The position numbers and the translations under genes are program-made. From the IMG/VR virus record IMGVR_UViG_3300044724_004089: a DNA stretch of 64,000 nt. One strand, 5' to 3'. This document shows positions 27,701-36,999 of the stretch, piece by piece (position 1 is the first letter of the stretch; every line of letters begins with the position of its first letter). The notes under the pieces were generated by a model. The model searched no databases. It was given only the letters and a program-made list of their open reading frames with translations, and was not told the origin of the DNA. Source of the stretch: an uncultured virus (IMG/VR IMGVR_UViG_3300044724_004089) (lineage: Duplodnaviria; Heunggongvirae; Uroviricota; Caudoviricetes).

Positions 27701-28042
27701 CCTGTTAAATTAGCAAATCAGTCTACTGCATTAGAAATTAGAGTTGATGCATCAGTATATACCACTTCATCAATTGAGGCATATTTTAGAACAACAGGTG
27801 GTGAAGAAACAAGAAAACTTGAAGATATTTCATATACAGCATTTAATACAGGTGGTGCTCCTGATGAAACAGTTACACCAGCAGAGGGAGAGATCACTGC
27901 TGAAACATTTAAAGAGCATAAGTTTAGTATTTCTGGATTACCAGAGTTTACATCATTTCAAGTAAAAATAGTAATGAAGGGAACAATATCGTCTTATCCT
28001 GTAAGAATTAAAGACTTTAGGGCGATTGCGTTAGCAGTATAA
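21737..28042 (+). CDS. Giant virion structural protein (VrlC-like / DUF4815-like)
   Basis: NVSPYYDDF..RVLFRP..AVQARELTQ.QSILQNQ start, RFKNGFVVDNF, DPLAQSF, DFRAIAL end; follows gp8 as in marine T4-likes. Confidence 0.85.
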   Translation: MPASTDFNVSPYYDDFSESKNFHRVLFRPAFAVQARELTQSQSILQNQLERFGDHVFKQGAMVIPGQLSIDTDFHAIKLTSKSASSLSDYLNSTLTGGSSGVQGFVTKVDVTDGTDPDTLYIRYTKTGTDNAKTVFDDGETLTSDASGNPTVVVATSHIGSAAQVQAGVYYFEGFFIRNDTETIVLDKYTNTSSYRIGFTITESFVSPTDDSSLNDNATGSSNESAPGAHRFKISLALAKKTLASTEDSNFFEIARIENGVTKRLVRATEYAVLEDNLARRTFDESGHYTLAPLKAEVREHLSSGNNRGIFTSGNGGSATKLAIAFDPFKAYVQGYEIDNIATSFVAIDKARDFDTENNYKTRYDIKNFVNVNNVYGQPDITFVTGDVEAFKTLTLFDTKTDSRGTLQSSTGTTVPEIGRAKTRGFEYVSGTETNDIYASDSTTIFRHYLFDIEMFTRISIPTSVSFTTGEKLTGASNGGSGIVQSVTETKSAAVSSITASGTDIEGAFSAAVVTLSSHGFKDGQQITLSGGTYSVDSVSITDDTIYTVKNTTTNTFELYDASGENIVNVTDFSSGPTTTHTVIVLSDVQRFFEAGEVVNGATSSATGTIQSDRYGYKGVRTADISEVKQIGMSGSPNYTADTDLSSTYGDNLTLTGNITVANSSSTVTGSGTNFNTQLKIGDQITFTNDAGTSVTKLVKFIDSATSLTLESAVGSADISTAKIATRQRAKLQNPENNINIFKLPFQTVKTLKTTDNGLVTDTNFNVRRNFVGTLSSNGDLSLTTGTNETFASLNNDDFSVTIMSTGAGGTGAVGDVLNLSGNNHEGDAIFTLSGSPTGRTLTLDFGANFNGHKVKILATVTRSVAPSKSKTLNEDETLQVSTQATIESGVIGLGKADINALNKVYMSADFSTDATSSDTDITDRFDLDNGQRDNYYDIGRIKLKKGKLKPTGRLLIDFDFFSHGTGDYFDVDSYSGVVDYENIPSYTSDTTGEIFQLRDCLDFRPRVDDASTINSGNADRSYDGSGASDCDVVEFNNDVTADFEYYLPRIDKIFLTRQGDFKVSKGASALDPESPSNLDGHLYIAEMFLPSYTLRTDDVQLSMQETKRYTMRDIGAIEKRIHNVEYYTQLSLLEADSKNLQIQDADGFDRFKNGFVVDNFSGHNIGDVANNDYKFAVDRATGQGRGIYFSDAVDLEEVDDDGSAIVAADRTDAGYARTGDLITLPYTEETFIDVPFATATENLNPYAVFNWIGDIELDPPVDEWKDIVRIPDLQVNIRGSFDNFARDRGFNNPNITEIPLGTEWNEWQDAWTGNTTVQNQGWNIVTNTTIGQTRTGVRSTAVPLTVLENLGDRVVGVNFIPFIRSRDISFTARGMRPNTRVYAFFDNVDINSYVTPTSGSLGGSIVTDANGTATGSFAIPDPSVDSNPRWRTGKRIFRLTSSSTDSEDKTNVATSAEADYVARGLQETIRNVVTSTRELQIRRTSVTGSRTTQRTSITTRPRPQPTGFGGGGGGGAGAGGDPLAQSFMVDKDNGMFISSVEVFFATKSSTIPVRAEIRNMVNGYPGQEVLPFAVKYLNPSEVNISTDGTSGTTFTFPSPVYLHEDTEYCFILYSDSFDYTAYICKLGEKTLDSSRIVSKIPDLGILFKSSNYRTWTPFQMEDLKFKLNRCKFTTGTTGTVTFANKDISTKTLKANPLTTFNGTGLIRVSHPNHGMLSTSDNVTIANVSSGTYNGISNSDINGTYTSISNMTFDSYDITTSGTANATSEVGGSSITATQNRPFDVLQLQVGHVVHPDTTVTSTVRTTSGKSLHGTETPFALQSASDAKSISLNKNIYFTNPRLVASSINQTNEMSSTTNFKSMLLNVSMTSTSDNMSPVIDVKRLTAFTIQNRVSNPTASSTDTFTGDGSTTAFTLSATPSSAHIMQVKKNGVLLEPIDDYTVSSTTLTLGTAPASNDKVVAKITNTVNFIEDTENEGGSSSAVYLTRPVKLANQSTALEIRVDASVYTTSSIEAYFRTTGGEETRKLEDISYTAFNTGGAPDETVTPAEGEITAETFKEHKFSISGLPEFTSFQVKIVMKGTISSYPVRIKDFRAIALAV

Positions 28043-28275
28043 TGGGAAAAATTATAAAAGTAGAGGGTTTTTCAGATTTAGTTAGAGATGAATATTCAAG
28101 TGCTATTGTAAACACAAATAAGTCTGAATATGAAAAATATATGCAAAGAAAAAAGGCAATGGTGAGAAACAGAGATGAAATAAGAGATGCTTGTAGAGAA
28201 ATAAATAATCTTAAACAAGAATTATTTGAAGTAAAAGATTTATTAAAAAAATTAGTAGGTAAAGATGGCAATTAG
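28042..28275 (+). CDS. Conserved small hypothetical (coiled-coil) protein
   Basis: LVRD..S.AIVN motif; typical position after the VrlC-like gene. Confidence 0.8.
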   Translation: MGKIIKVEGFSDLVRDEYSSAIVNTNKSEYEKYMQRKKAMVRNRDEIRDACREINNLKQELFEVKDLLKKLVGKDGN

Positions 28276-28894
28276 AAGTGTAGCAACCACAGATACAGTA
28301 GAAACATTTAGAACAACTTTCAACAGTTTAGGTACTGATGTTGGTGACGTTTCGGGTATCACTGTTTCTGATGGTAGTACTGTAGCAAGTAATTTAGTTG
28401 ATGCAGTAAACATAGCGGCGAACTCAAGTTCAACTTTTGTTATAGGTGATGATGCATCAACTCAAGCAACAATCTCAACTGGTCAAACTTTAAAATTTTC
28501 ATCAGGTTCTGGTATTACAGCAACAGTTTCACCCACAGATGATTCTGTGACAATAGCAATAACATTAGGTAGCATAGATAATGCTGGTTCAGATACAGAT
28601 AAATTTTTAGTTAGTGATAGTGGTACTATTAAATTTAGAACAGGTTCTGAATTAGCATCAGACATAGGAGCAAAAACTACCGTTGAATTTAACAATAGAA
28701 AATATACGGGTGATGGTTCAACAACAACATTTACAGTAACAAGTGGTCAATCAACTGCATCAGTCATAGTTACTGAAAATGGTGTTGTGCAACAACCAAC
28801 TGACGATTATGCAGTATCAAGCACAACATTAACTTTTACAACTGCACCTGCAAATGGTGTTGTGATAAACATTAGAGAATTAATAACTTCATAA
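28265..28894 (+). CDS. Short fibre / virion protein
   Basis: T/S/G-rich; C-terminal GDGSTTTFT...TFTTAP module. Confidence 0.8.
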   Translation: MAIRSVATTDTVETFRTTFNSLGTDVGDVSGITVSDGSTVASNLVDAVNIAANSSSTFVIGDDASTQATISTGQTLKFSSGSGITATVSPTDDSVTIAITLGSIDNAGSDTDKFLVSDSGTIKFRTGSELASDIGAKTTVEFNNRKYTGDGSTTTFTVTSGQSTASVIVTENGVVQQPTDDYAVSSTTLTFTTAPANGVVINIRELITS

Positions 28895-28898
28895 CTTG

Positions 28899-28906
28899 TA
28901 TAAATA
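28899..28906 (+). promoter_or_regulatory. Late promoter TATAAATA heading the modification island
   Basis: Exact consensus. Confidence 0.8.
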
Positions 28907-28925
28907 TATTAAAAAAGAGGAATAG

Positions 28926-29123
28926 ATGACAACTAGAATTACAACTGACAACATTACAGATGGAACAGTTTCAACAGCAGATATTGCCGATACTGAAGTT
29001 ACAAATGCGAAACTTTCAAGCACAGCAGTTACATCAAGTAAGATGGATGGATTAGTAACAATTAATATTCTTGCATCTGACGGTTCTACTGTGGTTAAAA
29101 CTATTTTTACACCTGGTTCATAA
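28926..29123 (+). CDS. Small virion protein (paralog of 42948..43280)
   Basis: GAGG SD; VT.AK repeats; C-terminus LVTINILASDGSTVVKTIFTPGS. Confidence 0.8.
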   Translation: MTTRITTDNITDGTVSTADIADTEVTNAKLSSTAVTSSKMDGLVTINILASDGSTVVKTIFTPGS

Positions 29124-29144
29124 TATTATATAAGGAGAATTGAA

Positions 29145-30107
29145 ATGACAACAAGAACACCCTTGGTATATGATTCTACAGCAGGGAATCCTAGAAGAAT
29201 GACCACAGCAGAAATAACCACAATAGTAAATCAATGTTGTTATGAATACAGTCAATCACCTTCTGTTACATTAACAGTAGAATCAACTATTGCTGGTGGG
29301 TCACTGACAGGTGGTCCAATTTCAGATACAAGAAAAACAGCAGGTGCAACTTCAACAAGCACAACAGCATTTCCAGATGAAGGTACAACAGCAGAACCAG
29401 GAACCGTAACAGTCAATTATAACAGAATTTCACAAGCAAATGCATCAATATCACCAACAGCAGATGGTGGAAGACTTTGGCCAGTGTATTTAACATCTGG
29501 TGGTAATATTCAAGCAATGAGTCAAACTGACGTTAATGATACATTTTTACATCCTGCAATTGATAAATTGATCGCCGCATTTACTGACAATGCTTTACAA
29601 GGTGGAACATATACAATTAATAATGCAACCACACTTTCAAACTGTACGTTAGTATCAACTGATCCAATTTTCATTGATACAAGAGCAGATACAAGTGCAT
29701 ATACATCAAGTGGTATTCCAGAAACAGCAGATCAACCAACAACTATAACGCAATATTATCTATTTCAAATAGATGCTGGTTCTGAACCATCAGGTGCTGA
29801 TGCTATGGTGGCACCACTATTTGTTAATAGTGATGGTAATTTACAAACTTTTGACGCCTCTACTTTTAAAGGATATTTAAGAGAATGGATTAGAGAAACA
29901 GCATCAGAGGGAACGGGTAGTCACAAGATTAGATACGTTTACAATCAAGTTTCTACACAAAGAGGAACCGGAATGGCAAACACAATTTTAGATGGTTCTG
30001 GCAACTATCAAACATTACAAGTTGGTGATGATTATAGGGCACAGGAATTTCCAAACGGTTCAGCAACAACCGCCGCAACACATACATTTGAAATAGAGAA
30101 ACACTAG
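29145..30107 (+). CDS. Putative virion structural protein
   Basis: T/S/G-rich; internal PLVYD/PVYLT/PLFVN..GN repeats; DYRAQEFPNG near the end. Confidence 0.75.
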   Translation: MTTRTPLVYDSTAGNPRRMTTAEITTIVNQCCYEYSQSPSVTLTVESTIAGGSLTGGPISDTRKTAGATSTSTTAFPDEGTTAEPGTVTVNYNRISQANASISPTADGGRLWPVYLTSGGNIQAMSQTDVNDTFLHPAIDKLIAAFTDNALQGGTYTINNATTLSNCTLVSTDPIFIDTRADTSAYTSSGIPETADQPTTITQYYLFQIDAGSEPSGADAMVAPLFVNSDGNLQTFDASTFKGYLREWIRETASEGTGSHKIRYVYNQVSTQRGTGMANTILDGSGNYQTLQVGDDYRAQEFPNGSATTAATHTFEIEKH

Positions 30108-30115
30108 GAGTTATA

Positions 30116-30625
30116 ATGGCAGAATTTAAAGGAAAAGTAATTGAGGCATATTTCAGTAATAATGATAAAGATACAATATGCATTATGTGGAGAAACGGAG
30201 AAGAATTAAGTGAGTTTTACATTCCTGTAGATCCTGATGCTTATTATTTTAAAACATTAATAGAAGAAATACCTTTAGAAGAGATTGAAGAGCATACTCA
30301 AAAAAGAGCAAAAGTCTATATGGAAAACTTGAAAAAACTTGTAAAAAGATGGTCTTTACAAGAACCAAAAGACTTAGATCAAAAAAGTGTTGATAAAATA
30401 GTAAATCAAAGAATAGAAAATATAATAACTAAATTTGATCCTGAAGATAAAATTCAAAGTGAGTTACTTTTCAGAATAAAATTACGTTTGTTCGACACAG
30501 ATGATGTTAAAAATTCAAAGAATGTTGATGGCAAATCAATGTTAAGAAAAGCAGAAAATCCATTAGATGCTATTTTGGCGTATGCTGAAATTATAGGTAA
30601 ACTAGGTAAAAAAGTTAGAAAATAA
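30116..30625 (+). CDS. Hypothetical protein
   Basis: AGGAG SD; 169 aa; charged and helical. Confidence 0.75.
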   Translation: MAEFKGKVIEAYFSNNDKDTICIMWRNGEELSEFYIPVDPDAYYFKTLIEEIPLEEIEEHTQKRAKVYMENLKKLVKRWSLQEPKDLDQKSVDKIVNQRIENIITKFDPEDKIQSELLFRIKLRLFDTDDVKNSKNVDGKSMLRKAENPLDAILAYAEIIGKLGKKVRK

Positions 30626-30628
30626 GTT

Positions 30629-31606
30629 TTGTTTAAAAATGATGTGAATGTCCACATTGAATTGACGGACAAGTGTAATGCTTTATGCTCAATGTGTGGT
30701 AGACAATATATAAAAAATGGTGAATTAAAGAAAGTACCTACTTTTGATAAAAATGAATTATCAATTAATCAGATACATACTATCTTCAATAACAGATTTT
30801 TTGAAAAATTTAATCTTAACCGTATCAATTTCTGTGGTAATATTAGTGACCCTCTTACTTGCGTGGATTTTTGCTCTATTGTAGAGTATCTTAAACCTCA
30901 TTGTAAAAGAATTGATATTGCAACAAATGGTAGTTTAAGAACACCAAAGTATTATGAAAATTTAGCAAAGATACTTCAAGGTGTTAATCACAGAGTTACC
31001 TTTGCATTAGATGGTTTAAATAATACACATTCTTATTATCGTATCAACACAAACTTTAAAAAGATAATTAGAAATGCTTTAGCATTTATTAGAGCAGGTG
31101 GTAATGCAAGATGGCAGTTTATTATATTCAAACATAATAAACATCAGATCAATATAGCAAAGAGAATGTCAAAGAAATTAGGATTTAATGAATTTGTATC
31201 AATAAGAACACAAAGATTTGCCAGAGATGAAAATTGGTCTTTTACATATAATAATAAACACTATAAATTAGAAGAACCAGATGAAATATTATCATATGAA
31301 GTTGCAGGTGATATAAACTGCAAAGCAAAAAAAGACAATGAGTTCTTTTTAGATTTTGAGGGTAACGTTCACGCCTGTTGTTATCTTGGTGGTTCATATT
31401 TAAGAAAAAGATTTGATGAATGTAAAGACACAATATTAGAATGGTACGAGAGAGATAAAAATAATGCTTTACAAAATGATTTATCTGATATATTATTAAA
31501 TTCACAATTTTTTGAATATTTACAAAAGTCTTGGGACATACAACCATCATTATCTTGTAGAAAGTTTTGTTCAAAGAAAAATTTAAGGAAGAAATTATAT
31601 GATTAA
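30629..31606 (+). CDS. Radical SAM protein with a C-terminal SPASM/twitch-like domain
   Basis: CNALCSMC (CxxxCxxC), TNGS, FALDG, GNVHACC..C...C. Confidence 0.9.
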   Translation: MFKNDVNVHIELTDKCNALCSMCGRQYIKNGELKKVPTFDKNELSINQIHTIFNNRFFEKFNLNRINFCGNISDPLTCVDFCSIVEYLKPHCKRIDIATNGSLRTPKYYENLAKILQGVNHRVTFALDGLNNTHSYYRINTNFKKIIRNALAFIRAGGNARWQFIIFKHNKHQINIAKRMSKKLGFNEFVSIRTQRFARDENWSFTYNNKHYKLEEPDEILSYEVAGDINCKAKKDNEFFLDFEGNVHACCYLGGSYLRKRFDECKDTILEWYERDKNNALQNDLSDILLNSQFFEYLQKSWDIQPSLSCRKFCSKKNLRKKLYD

Positions 31607-32171
31607 TGTTTATTGTTTAAAATGCGATAAAAAATATGATAGAACTTTTGTAACAAAGTTAAAAGACTCTGTTAACAAACATCTTACAAAGAAACATAAG
31701 TTCTTTTGTCTAACAGATGAACCTAAAGAGAAATGGGACATACCTATTGTTAGAAAGTTTCCTGATGTTTGGAATAAAATGCACTTATTAAATTATATTG
31801 GTGACAGTTTATATTTTGATTTAGATATAGAGATACACGATAATATAGATTTTTTAGCAGACAACTTTGATGACTTTACTGTAATCGATTCTAGAAAATG
31901 GAAAGATAACAAAGAAGATTTAAAATTCAAAATTACAAGCAATACTTTTGTAAACACATCAATTATGCGTTGGTCCTTTGCACAGGACATATATCAAAAG
32001 TTTGCTAACAATTATGACACTAACATTAGACTATATAAAGGTATTGATCGTTTTATATACAATGAAAATATATCATATAAATATTTTGATACTGACAAGA
32101 TAGTTAGTTGGAAAGATAAAGACTATATTAAAAAGGTGATAACGTTATACAATGGAAGATATAAAAATTGA
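31599..32171 (+). CDS. GT-A-like glycosyltransferase
   Basis: F.CLTD, WNKM.L, YFDLD (DxD), NTSIMRW. Confidence 0.75.
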   Translation: MINVYCLKCDKKYDRTFVTKLKDSVNKHLTKKHKFFCLTDEPKEKWDIPIVRKFPDVWNKMHLLNYIGDSLYFDLDIEIHDNIDFLADNFDDFTVIDSRKWKDNKEDLKFKITSNTFVNTSIMRWSFAQDIYQKFANNYDTNIRLYKGIDRFIYNENISYKYFDTDKIVSWKDKDYIKKVITLYNGRYKN

Positions 32172-32784
32172 TAGTGAATTTTGCTATAGAGCAAAAAAAG
32201 TAATTCAAAGATTTCCTAATAGAGCATTAGATTTATTACATTGTTTTAGTCCATCTCAAGAAAAAAGTAAGAGATGGCTGGTTGAAAATCTAAATGATTT
32301 TTTAAGTGATACTAATAAAAATAAATTTATAGATATTGCAATTATAGGTTCTTGGTATGGTTTTCTACCGTACATCATTAAGCAAGATTTAAAATGTAAA
32401 TTAATATCTGAAATAAGATGTTATGATGTTGATGATACTGCTAAAAAAATTGCAAGACTAATTTTAGGCGATCCTGACAGAGTGAATTTTATGACAAGAA
32501 ATATTGATGATGTTGACTTCTCACAACAACGATTTAATATTATTATAAACACTTCTTGTGAACATATGAACGACAATCAATTACATAATTGGTTGTTAAA
32601 AACTAGACCCAAAACAACTTGTGTTATGCAAAGCACAAATAAATTTGCAAGAGATCACTGCAATACAGTTGAAAATGAAAATCAATTAGTATACAATTTT
32701 AAAGACCATTTTAGTGAATACAAATCATTTACACTTAATTTTGGTGAATATTCAAGATTTATGATTATAGGAGTTAAAAAATGA
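32152..32784 (+). CDS. Class I SAM-dependent methyltransferase
   Basis: IAIIGSWYG motif I, YDVD motif II, IINTSCEHM. Confidence 0.8.
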   Translation: MEDIKIDSEFCYRAKKVIQRFPNRALDLLHCFSPSQEKSKRWLVENLNDFLSDTNKNKFIDIAIIGSWYGFLPYIIKQDLKCKLISEIRCYDVDDTAKKIARLILGDPDRVNFMTRNIDDVDFSQQRFNIIINTSCEHMNDNQLHNWLLKTRPKTTCVMQSTNKFARDHCNTVENENQLVYNFKDHFSEYKSFTLNFGEYSRFMIIGVKK

Positions 32785-33092
32785 AAATACATTTTATAAC
32801 AACAATGCAGTATATCGTATGGATAATTTTATCACCACTTGCACCTTTAATTTGGGCAGAAACTGGATATTATAATTGTTGGTATTATTGTGTATATCGT
32901 AAAATTTTATTTGGTGGTAAAATTCATTGGTTAAAAAGTAAAAGATATAATGGTTATCATTGGGTATATGAAAGTGAAAACGGTGAAAAATGGGAATACA
33001 CATTAAAGAAAATGCCTAGATTTACACCTTGGTATTTTTTACTTTTTTATAGAGGAGTTGAAAGAAAATATCGTGGCAAATTATTGGGATAA
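32781..33092 (+). CDS. Aromatic-rich hypothetical protein
   Basis: Overlaps both neighbours; NCWYYC and HWVY. Confidence 0.65.
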   Translation: MKIHFITTMQYIVWIILSPLAPLIWAETGYYNCWYYCVYRKILFGGKIHWLKSKRYNGYHWVYESENGEKWEYTLKKMPRFTPWYFLLFYRGVERKYRGKLLG

Positions 33093-33753
33093 AGTAGAAC
33101 AGATCATAAAGACACATAATCTTTATCATCTAAAATTAGATATACAACTACCTAAAGAATCTATACAAGAAGTACAAACTGTATATGATGAAGAATTTTT
33201 TGTTAGTCATAGAGGTAAAAAACATAAAGGTTGGGAATCAACTTGTATTCACGGTATTGATGGTGCTTACTGGAAAACTATGAGTGGTAAACAATATGGT
33301 TACGAGAGTGATAGTGATAGTGACATATTTTGGGATTGGACAGATGTTTGTCATTATGCACCAAAAACAGTTGAGTTTTTTAAAAAAGATATTCCATTAA
33401 AAAATTATAGAAGATTGCGATATATGTTGTTACGACCAAATGGTTACATTTTAGAACATAGTGATACCCCTACAGGTGTACCATATAGAGAAAAAAAGAA
33501 AAGCAGTATTTTTTCAGCACTAAATATTTGTATCACACAACCAAAAGATTGTGCATTAGAACATTTGAGTAATGGTGTTGTACCATTCAAACCTTTAGAG
33601 GTTTATTTATTTAATAATGATGAATACCACCACGCATACAATAACTCAAAAGAAAACAGATTTCATATCATAGCACACGCAGAGTATGATTATGATTTTG
33701 CAGAGTTGTTTGTAAGGAGTTTTGAGAAATATTATGAACATACTATCAAATAA
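33058..33753 (+). CDS. 2OG-Fe(II) oxygenase (Asp/Asn beta-hydroxylase-like)
   Basis: L.PNGYI.EHSD (HxD), H.AYN.S.ENRFHII. Confidence 0.8.
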   Translation: MKENIVANYWDKVEQIIKTHNLYHLKLDIQLPKESIQEVQTVYDEEFFVSHRGKKHKGWESTCIHGIDGAYWKTMSGKQYGYESDSDSDIFWDWTDVCHYAPKTVEFFKKDIPLKNYRRLRYMLLRPNGYILEHSDTPTGVPYREKKKSSIFSALNICITQPKDCALEHLSNGVVPFKPLEVYLFNNDEYHHAYNNSKENRFHIIAHAEYDYDFAELFVRSFEKYYEHTIK

Positions 33754-35155
33754 AAAACAAGCATTAAAGGGTAATCCTAAATTACTAGAAAATAAAGTTG
33801 CGTTTGCAGTCATTGACGATAGAGAGATAATCAAACACGATTTGGTTAAGTACATTGTAGAAACTTACACAGAGAATACAGTTTATAATTTCTATAAAAG
33901 AAAGTGTGATGTATTAGGTTTTTATAAAGAAAAAGATATTGATAATGCTATCAATGACGCCTATGACCAAGGTTATGAATTGTTGGTTGTTATGAAAAAT
34001 GGCACCTTTATGAACTCATCATTTTTCTTTGAGAATGTAAAAAAGATGTTAGATGATAATATAGCATTAATGGGTCATATTTTAGATTGTGATGAAGAGT
34101 ATTATTTTGTACACGAACAATGTTTCTTTTTAAATTTAAACTCTTGGAAACTTTCTGGTTCACCTGAATACTTTTCTGATAACTATGATGTTGTAAACAT
34201 AAAAAGGTCTTCTACAAACTTTCACGACAATTATACACCTCATTGGATTAGACAAGATGATGGTTTAGCAGACGTTGTTACAGTATTACCTGGTGGTCAT
34301 ATGATATCAGAATTACTCAGAGCAGATTACAATGTTAGTCCTTTTACAGAGTTAAGACCTTTAAAATGGTTTACATATCACGGTGACACAATGAAGTGTT
34401 TAATGAAATCATTATCTTTAAATGCAAAAGAGTATCATCACGGTTTCTTCTCAACTGAAACCGAAACAATAGATGAAGTAAAACTAAACGATAATATTGA
34501 TACATTAATTTCTATAGCATCAGCATTTCACCCATTTAAAGTTATACAAAAATCAAATATTAATCCTAAAAATATACTAATGTATGATATTAGTTTAGAG
34601 GCAATACAAATATATCAAAGAATGCTAATGGGGTGGAATGGTAAAGACTATGTTGAATTATTAACAAATTCTAATTTTAAATATAGAACAGGTCATACTG
34701 AAGAATTAGCACAAAAAAGTTTTGACGAGATGAAAGAGATGTGTGATTGGAAACCTTTTTTTGATGATGTATGCTCAAAGAATATAGATTTTTTAAGAGG
34801 TAATTTACTGACAGAAACATTTCATAAAAAGTTTATAAACTATGTTAATAAAGATGAAATAGCATTATTTCACGTTAGTAATATTTTTTCTTATGAGGCA
34901 GAAACTTATTATTACGATATTTTTCAAAGGTTCTTTTCTTTTTATAATCTCTATTTACAAATGAAGAAACATTCAAAAAAGACGATATTTAAAGGTTCAA
35001 TATTTAATTTAAAAAATTATGTATCAACAGATGATATGCAGTTACATCATTGGTATGCAAAAGCAACTGAATTAGCATTAACACCTTGGCAACAAGAAAG
35101 ACTACCTGATTTTAAAAAGTCATTAAAAAAAAGAGAAGAGGAAATCTTTGGTTAA
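33734..35155 (+). CDS. Large hypothetical enzyme (possible GT-like N-domain + Rossmann-like C-domain)
   Basis: NFHDNYTPHWI, YDIS, HVSNIFSY; function not confidently assigned. Confidence 0.65.
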   Translation: MNILSNKKQALKGNPKLLENKVAFAVIDDREIIKHDLVKYIVETYTENTVYNFYKRKCDVLGFYKEKDIDNAINDAYDQGYELLVVMKNGTFMNSSFFFENVKKMLDDNIALMGHILDCDEEYYFVHEQCFFLNLNSWKLSGSPEYFSDNYDVVNIKRSSTNFHDNYTPHWIRQDDGLADVVTVLPGGHMISELLRADYNVSPFTELRPLKWFTYHGDTMKCLMKSLSLNAKEYHHGFFSTETETIDEVKLNDNIDTLISIASAFHPFKVIQKSNINPKNILMYDISLEAIQIYQRMLMGWNGKDYVELLTNSNFKYRTGHTEELAQKSFDEMKEMCDWKPFFDDVCSKNIDFLRGNLLTETFHKKFINYVNKDEIALFHVSNIFSYEAETYYYDIFQRFFSFYNLYLQMKKHSKKTIFKGSIFNLKNYVSTDDMQLHHWYAKATELALTPWQQERLPDFKKSLKKREEEIFG

Positions 35156-36320
35156 AAAATTAGAGGATTATGAATGGATTTGTCCCGAACCATTTACTAA
35201 TTTAAAAACAAATCCCGATGGTCATATGGTGCCTTGTTGCGTAACTAATCTTGAAAAGTATGGTAAAGATTTTGAAAATATGAATTTATCACACACTGCT
35301 GATAATTCAATTCAAGAATATCATAATAGTGAATACATAAAGTTATTTAAAAAATCATTAAAAGAGAATAATAAAGATATATTAAAACAAACTTGTGATA
35401 CTTGTATAAGACAAGAAGAAAGTGGTCAAAGGTCACATAGACAATTTTATTTGCAAAGATTTGATAATGAATTTAAAGATAGAAAAGCAGAATTAGAAAG
35501 AATTATTGATACAGAAGAATACCCTACTTTCTTACACTCTGTTGAATTAAATTCATTAAATGGTAATCTATGTAATAATGCTTGTAATACTTGCTGTAAA
35601 GAATTTTCAAGTAAACTTTATGCAGAGAAAATTAAATTAAATGAAATACCAAAACAAAAAGCAATTATAAAACCTGAACATAATAGTAAATTTTTAAATG
35701 AAATAGAAAACGCAAAAATTCTTGAATTTAAATTTACAGGTGGCGAACCTTTACTAGGCGATACAAATTATGATATTATGAAAAGATTAGATAAATCTAC
35801 CATCATTCGTATAATAACAAATGGAACACAAGACCCTACTAAATTAATTAATATATTAAAAGACTTCGATAAAGTAACCATTAATGTTTCAGCAGAGGGT
35901 GTTAAAGATGTATCAGATTATTTAAGATATCCTTCAGATTTTGATATTGTGTTGAAACATTACGATATGATGCAAAAAGTTTGGGGTAAAGAAGTTATGT
36001 TTACAACTACGATTAATGCTTTAAATGTTGCTAGAATACCAGAATTATTAAAATTAAGAAAAGGTCACGCAGGTTCTTTAGTTACTAATAATTTTTATTC
36101 TTTAAATAGTATACCAGATGATATTAAAGAAATATATTTAAATAAATTGTATGAAGAAGGTGCTACTGATTTAATTAATTATTTAGAACACGCAGAATAT
36201 AATGAAACAGATATGTGGAAAATGTTAAGACATATTAAAAGAAGAGATAGATTAAGAGGCACTAATTTACTAAAAGTGTTTCCTGAATGGAAAGAATATT
36301 ATGAAACTTGTAACGGTTAG
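35148..36320 (+). CDS. Radical SAM protein with an N-terminal twitch-like domain
   Basis: C..PF..PCC..CDTC N-terminal domain; CNNACNTC; FTGGEP; ITNGT. Confidence 0.88.
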   Translation: MVKKLEDYEWICPEPFTNLKTNPDGHMVPCCVTNLEKYGKDFENMNLSHTADNSIQEYHNSEYIKLFKKSLKENNKDILKQTCDTCIRQEESGQRSHRQFYLQRFDNEFKDRKAELERIIDTEEYPTFLHSVELNSLNGNLCNNACNTCCKEFSSKLYAEKIKLNEIPKQKAIIKPEHNSKFLNEIENAKILEFKFTGGEPLLGDTNYDIMKRLDKSTIIRIITNGTQDPTKLINILKDFDKVTINVSAEGVKDVSDYLRYPSDFDIVLKHYDMMQKVWGKEVMFTTTINALNVARIPELLKLRKGHAGSLVTNNFYSLNSIPDDIKEIYLNKLYEEGATDLINYLEHAEYNETDMWKMLRHIKRRDRLRGTNLLKVFPEWKEYYETCNG

Positions 36321-36999
36321 AATAGGTAAAAAGTACGGACCTGAATACGAAACGTATTTAGAAAAGAAGTTACCTGACTGTGAATTTATATGGGTGAGAG
36401 AACCCATACAAGATAATGTGATGTTACAATGGAACAAAATGTATGGTATGAATTTAGACATTGATGAACCCATTTGTGTTATGGACATTGATATACTTTT
36501 AGTAAATGACTACAAAAAGATATTTGAATACCCTATTGAGAGAGGAGAGTTTCTTGCTAAACCAGGTTGGTGGAGAGATACGAATAGTGAGAAGTATAAA
36601 ATTAATGGTGGGTTTTTTAAATACTACCCTAAAGATGTAAAATATATTTACGATAAATTTATGCAACGACCTGGTTACTGGCAAAATTATTACATAGAAA
36701 ATAAAACAACAAAGGGACCTGTGAATGGTGAGCAATATTTTGTTGAAGATAGTGTGCGAGAGAGATTAAAATTAAAACTATTACCTAATGCTTGGTTTAC
36801 TAGATGGACGATAGACGGATTACCTACAGTTAGAGATATTAAAGAATGGCAAATTAATTTAACTTCTAAATATAAGAAAGTATCTGGGAATGATTATGTC
36901 TATCTTGGTAATCAATTTCACCCAGATATAAAAATGGTACACTTTACACATTCTATGAATAAACCACATTTATGGAAAGACTATGAACAACATATTTAA
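36301..36999 (+). CDS. GT-A-like glycosyltransferase
   Basis: IG.KY, QWNKM, VMDID (DxD), NGGF, GEQYF, VHF. Confidence 0.75.
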   Translation: MKLVTVRIGKKYGPEYETYLEKKLPDCEFIWVREPIQDNVMLQWNKMYGMNLDIDEPICVMDIDILLVNDYKKIFEYPIERGEFLAKPGWWRDTNSEKYKINGGFFKYYPKDVKYIYDKFMQRPGYWQNYYIENKTTKGPVNGEQYFVEDSVRERLKLKLLPNAWFTRWTIDGLPTVRDIKEWQINLTSKYKKVSGNDYVYLGNQFHPDIKMVHFTHSMNKPHLWKDYEQHI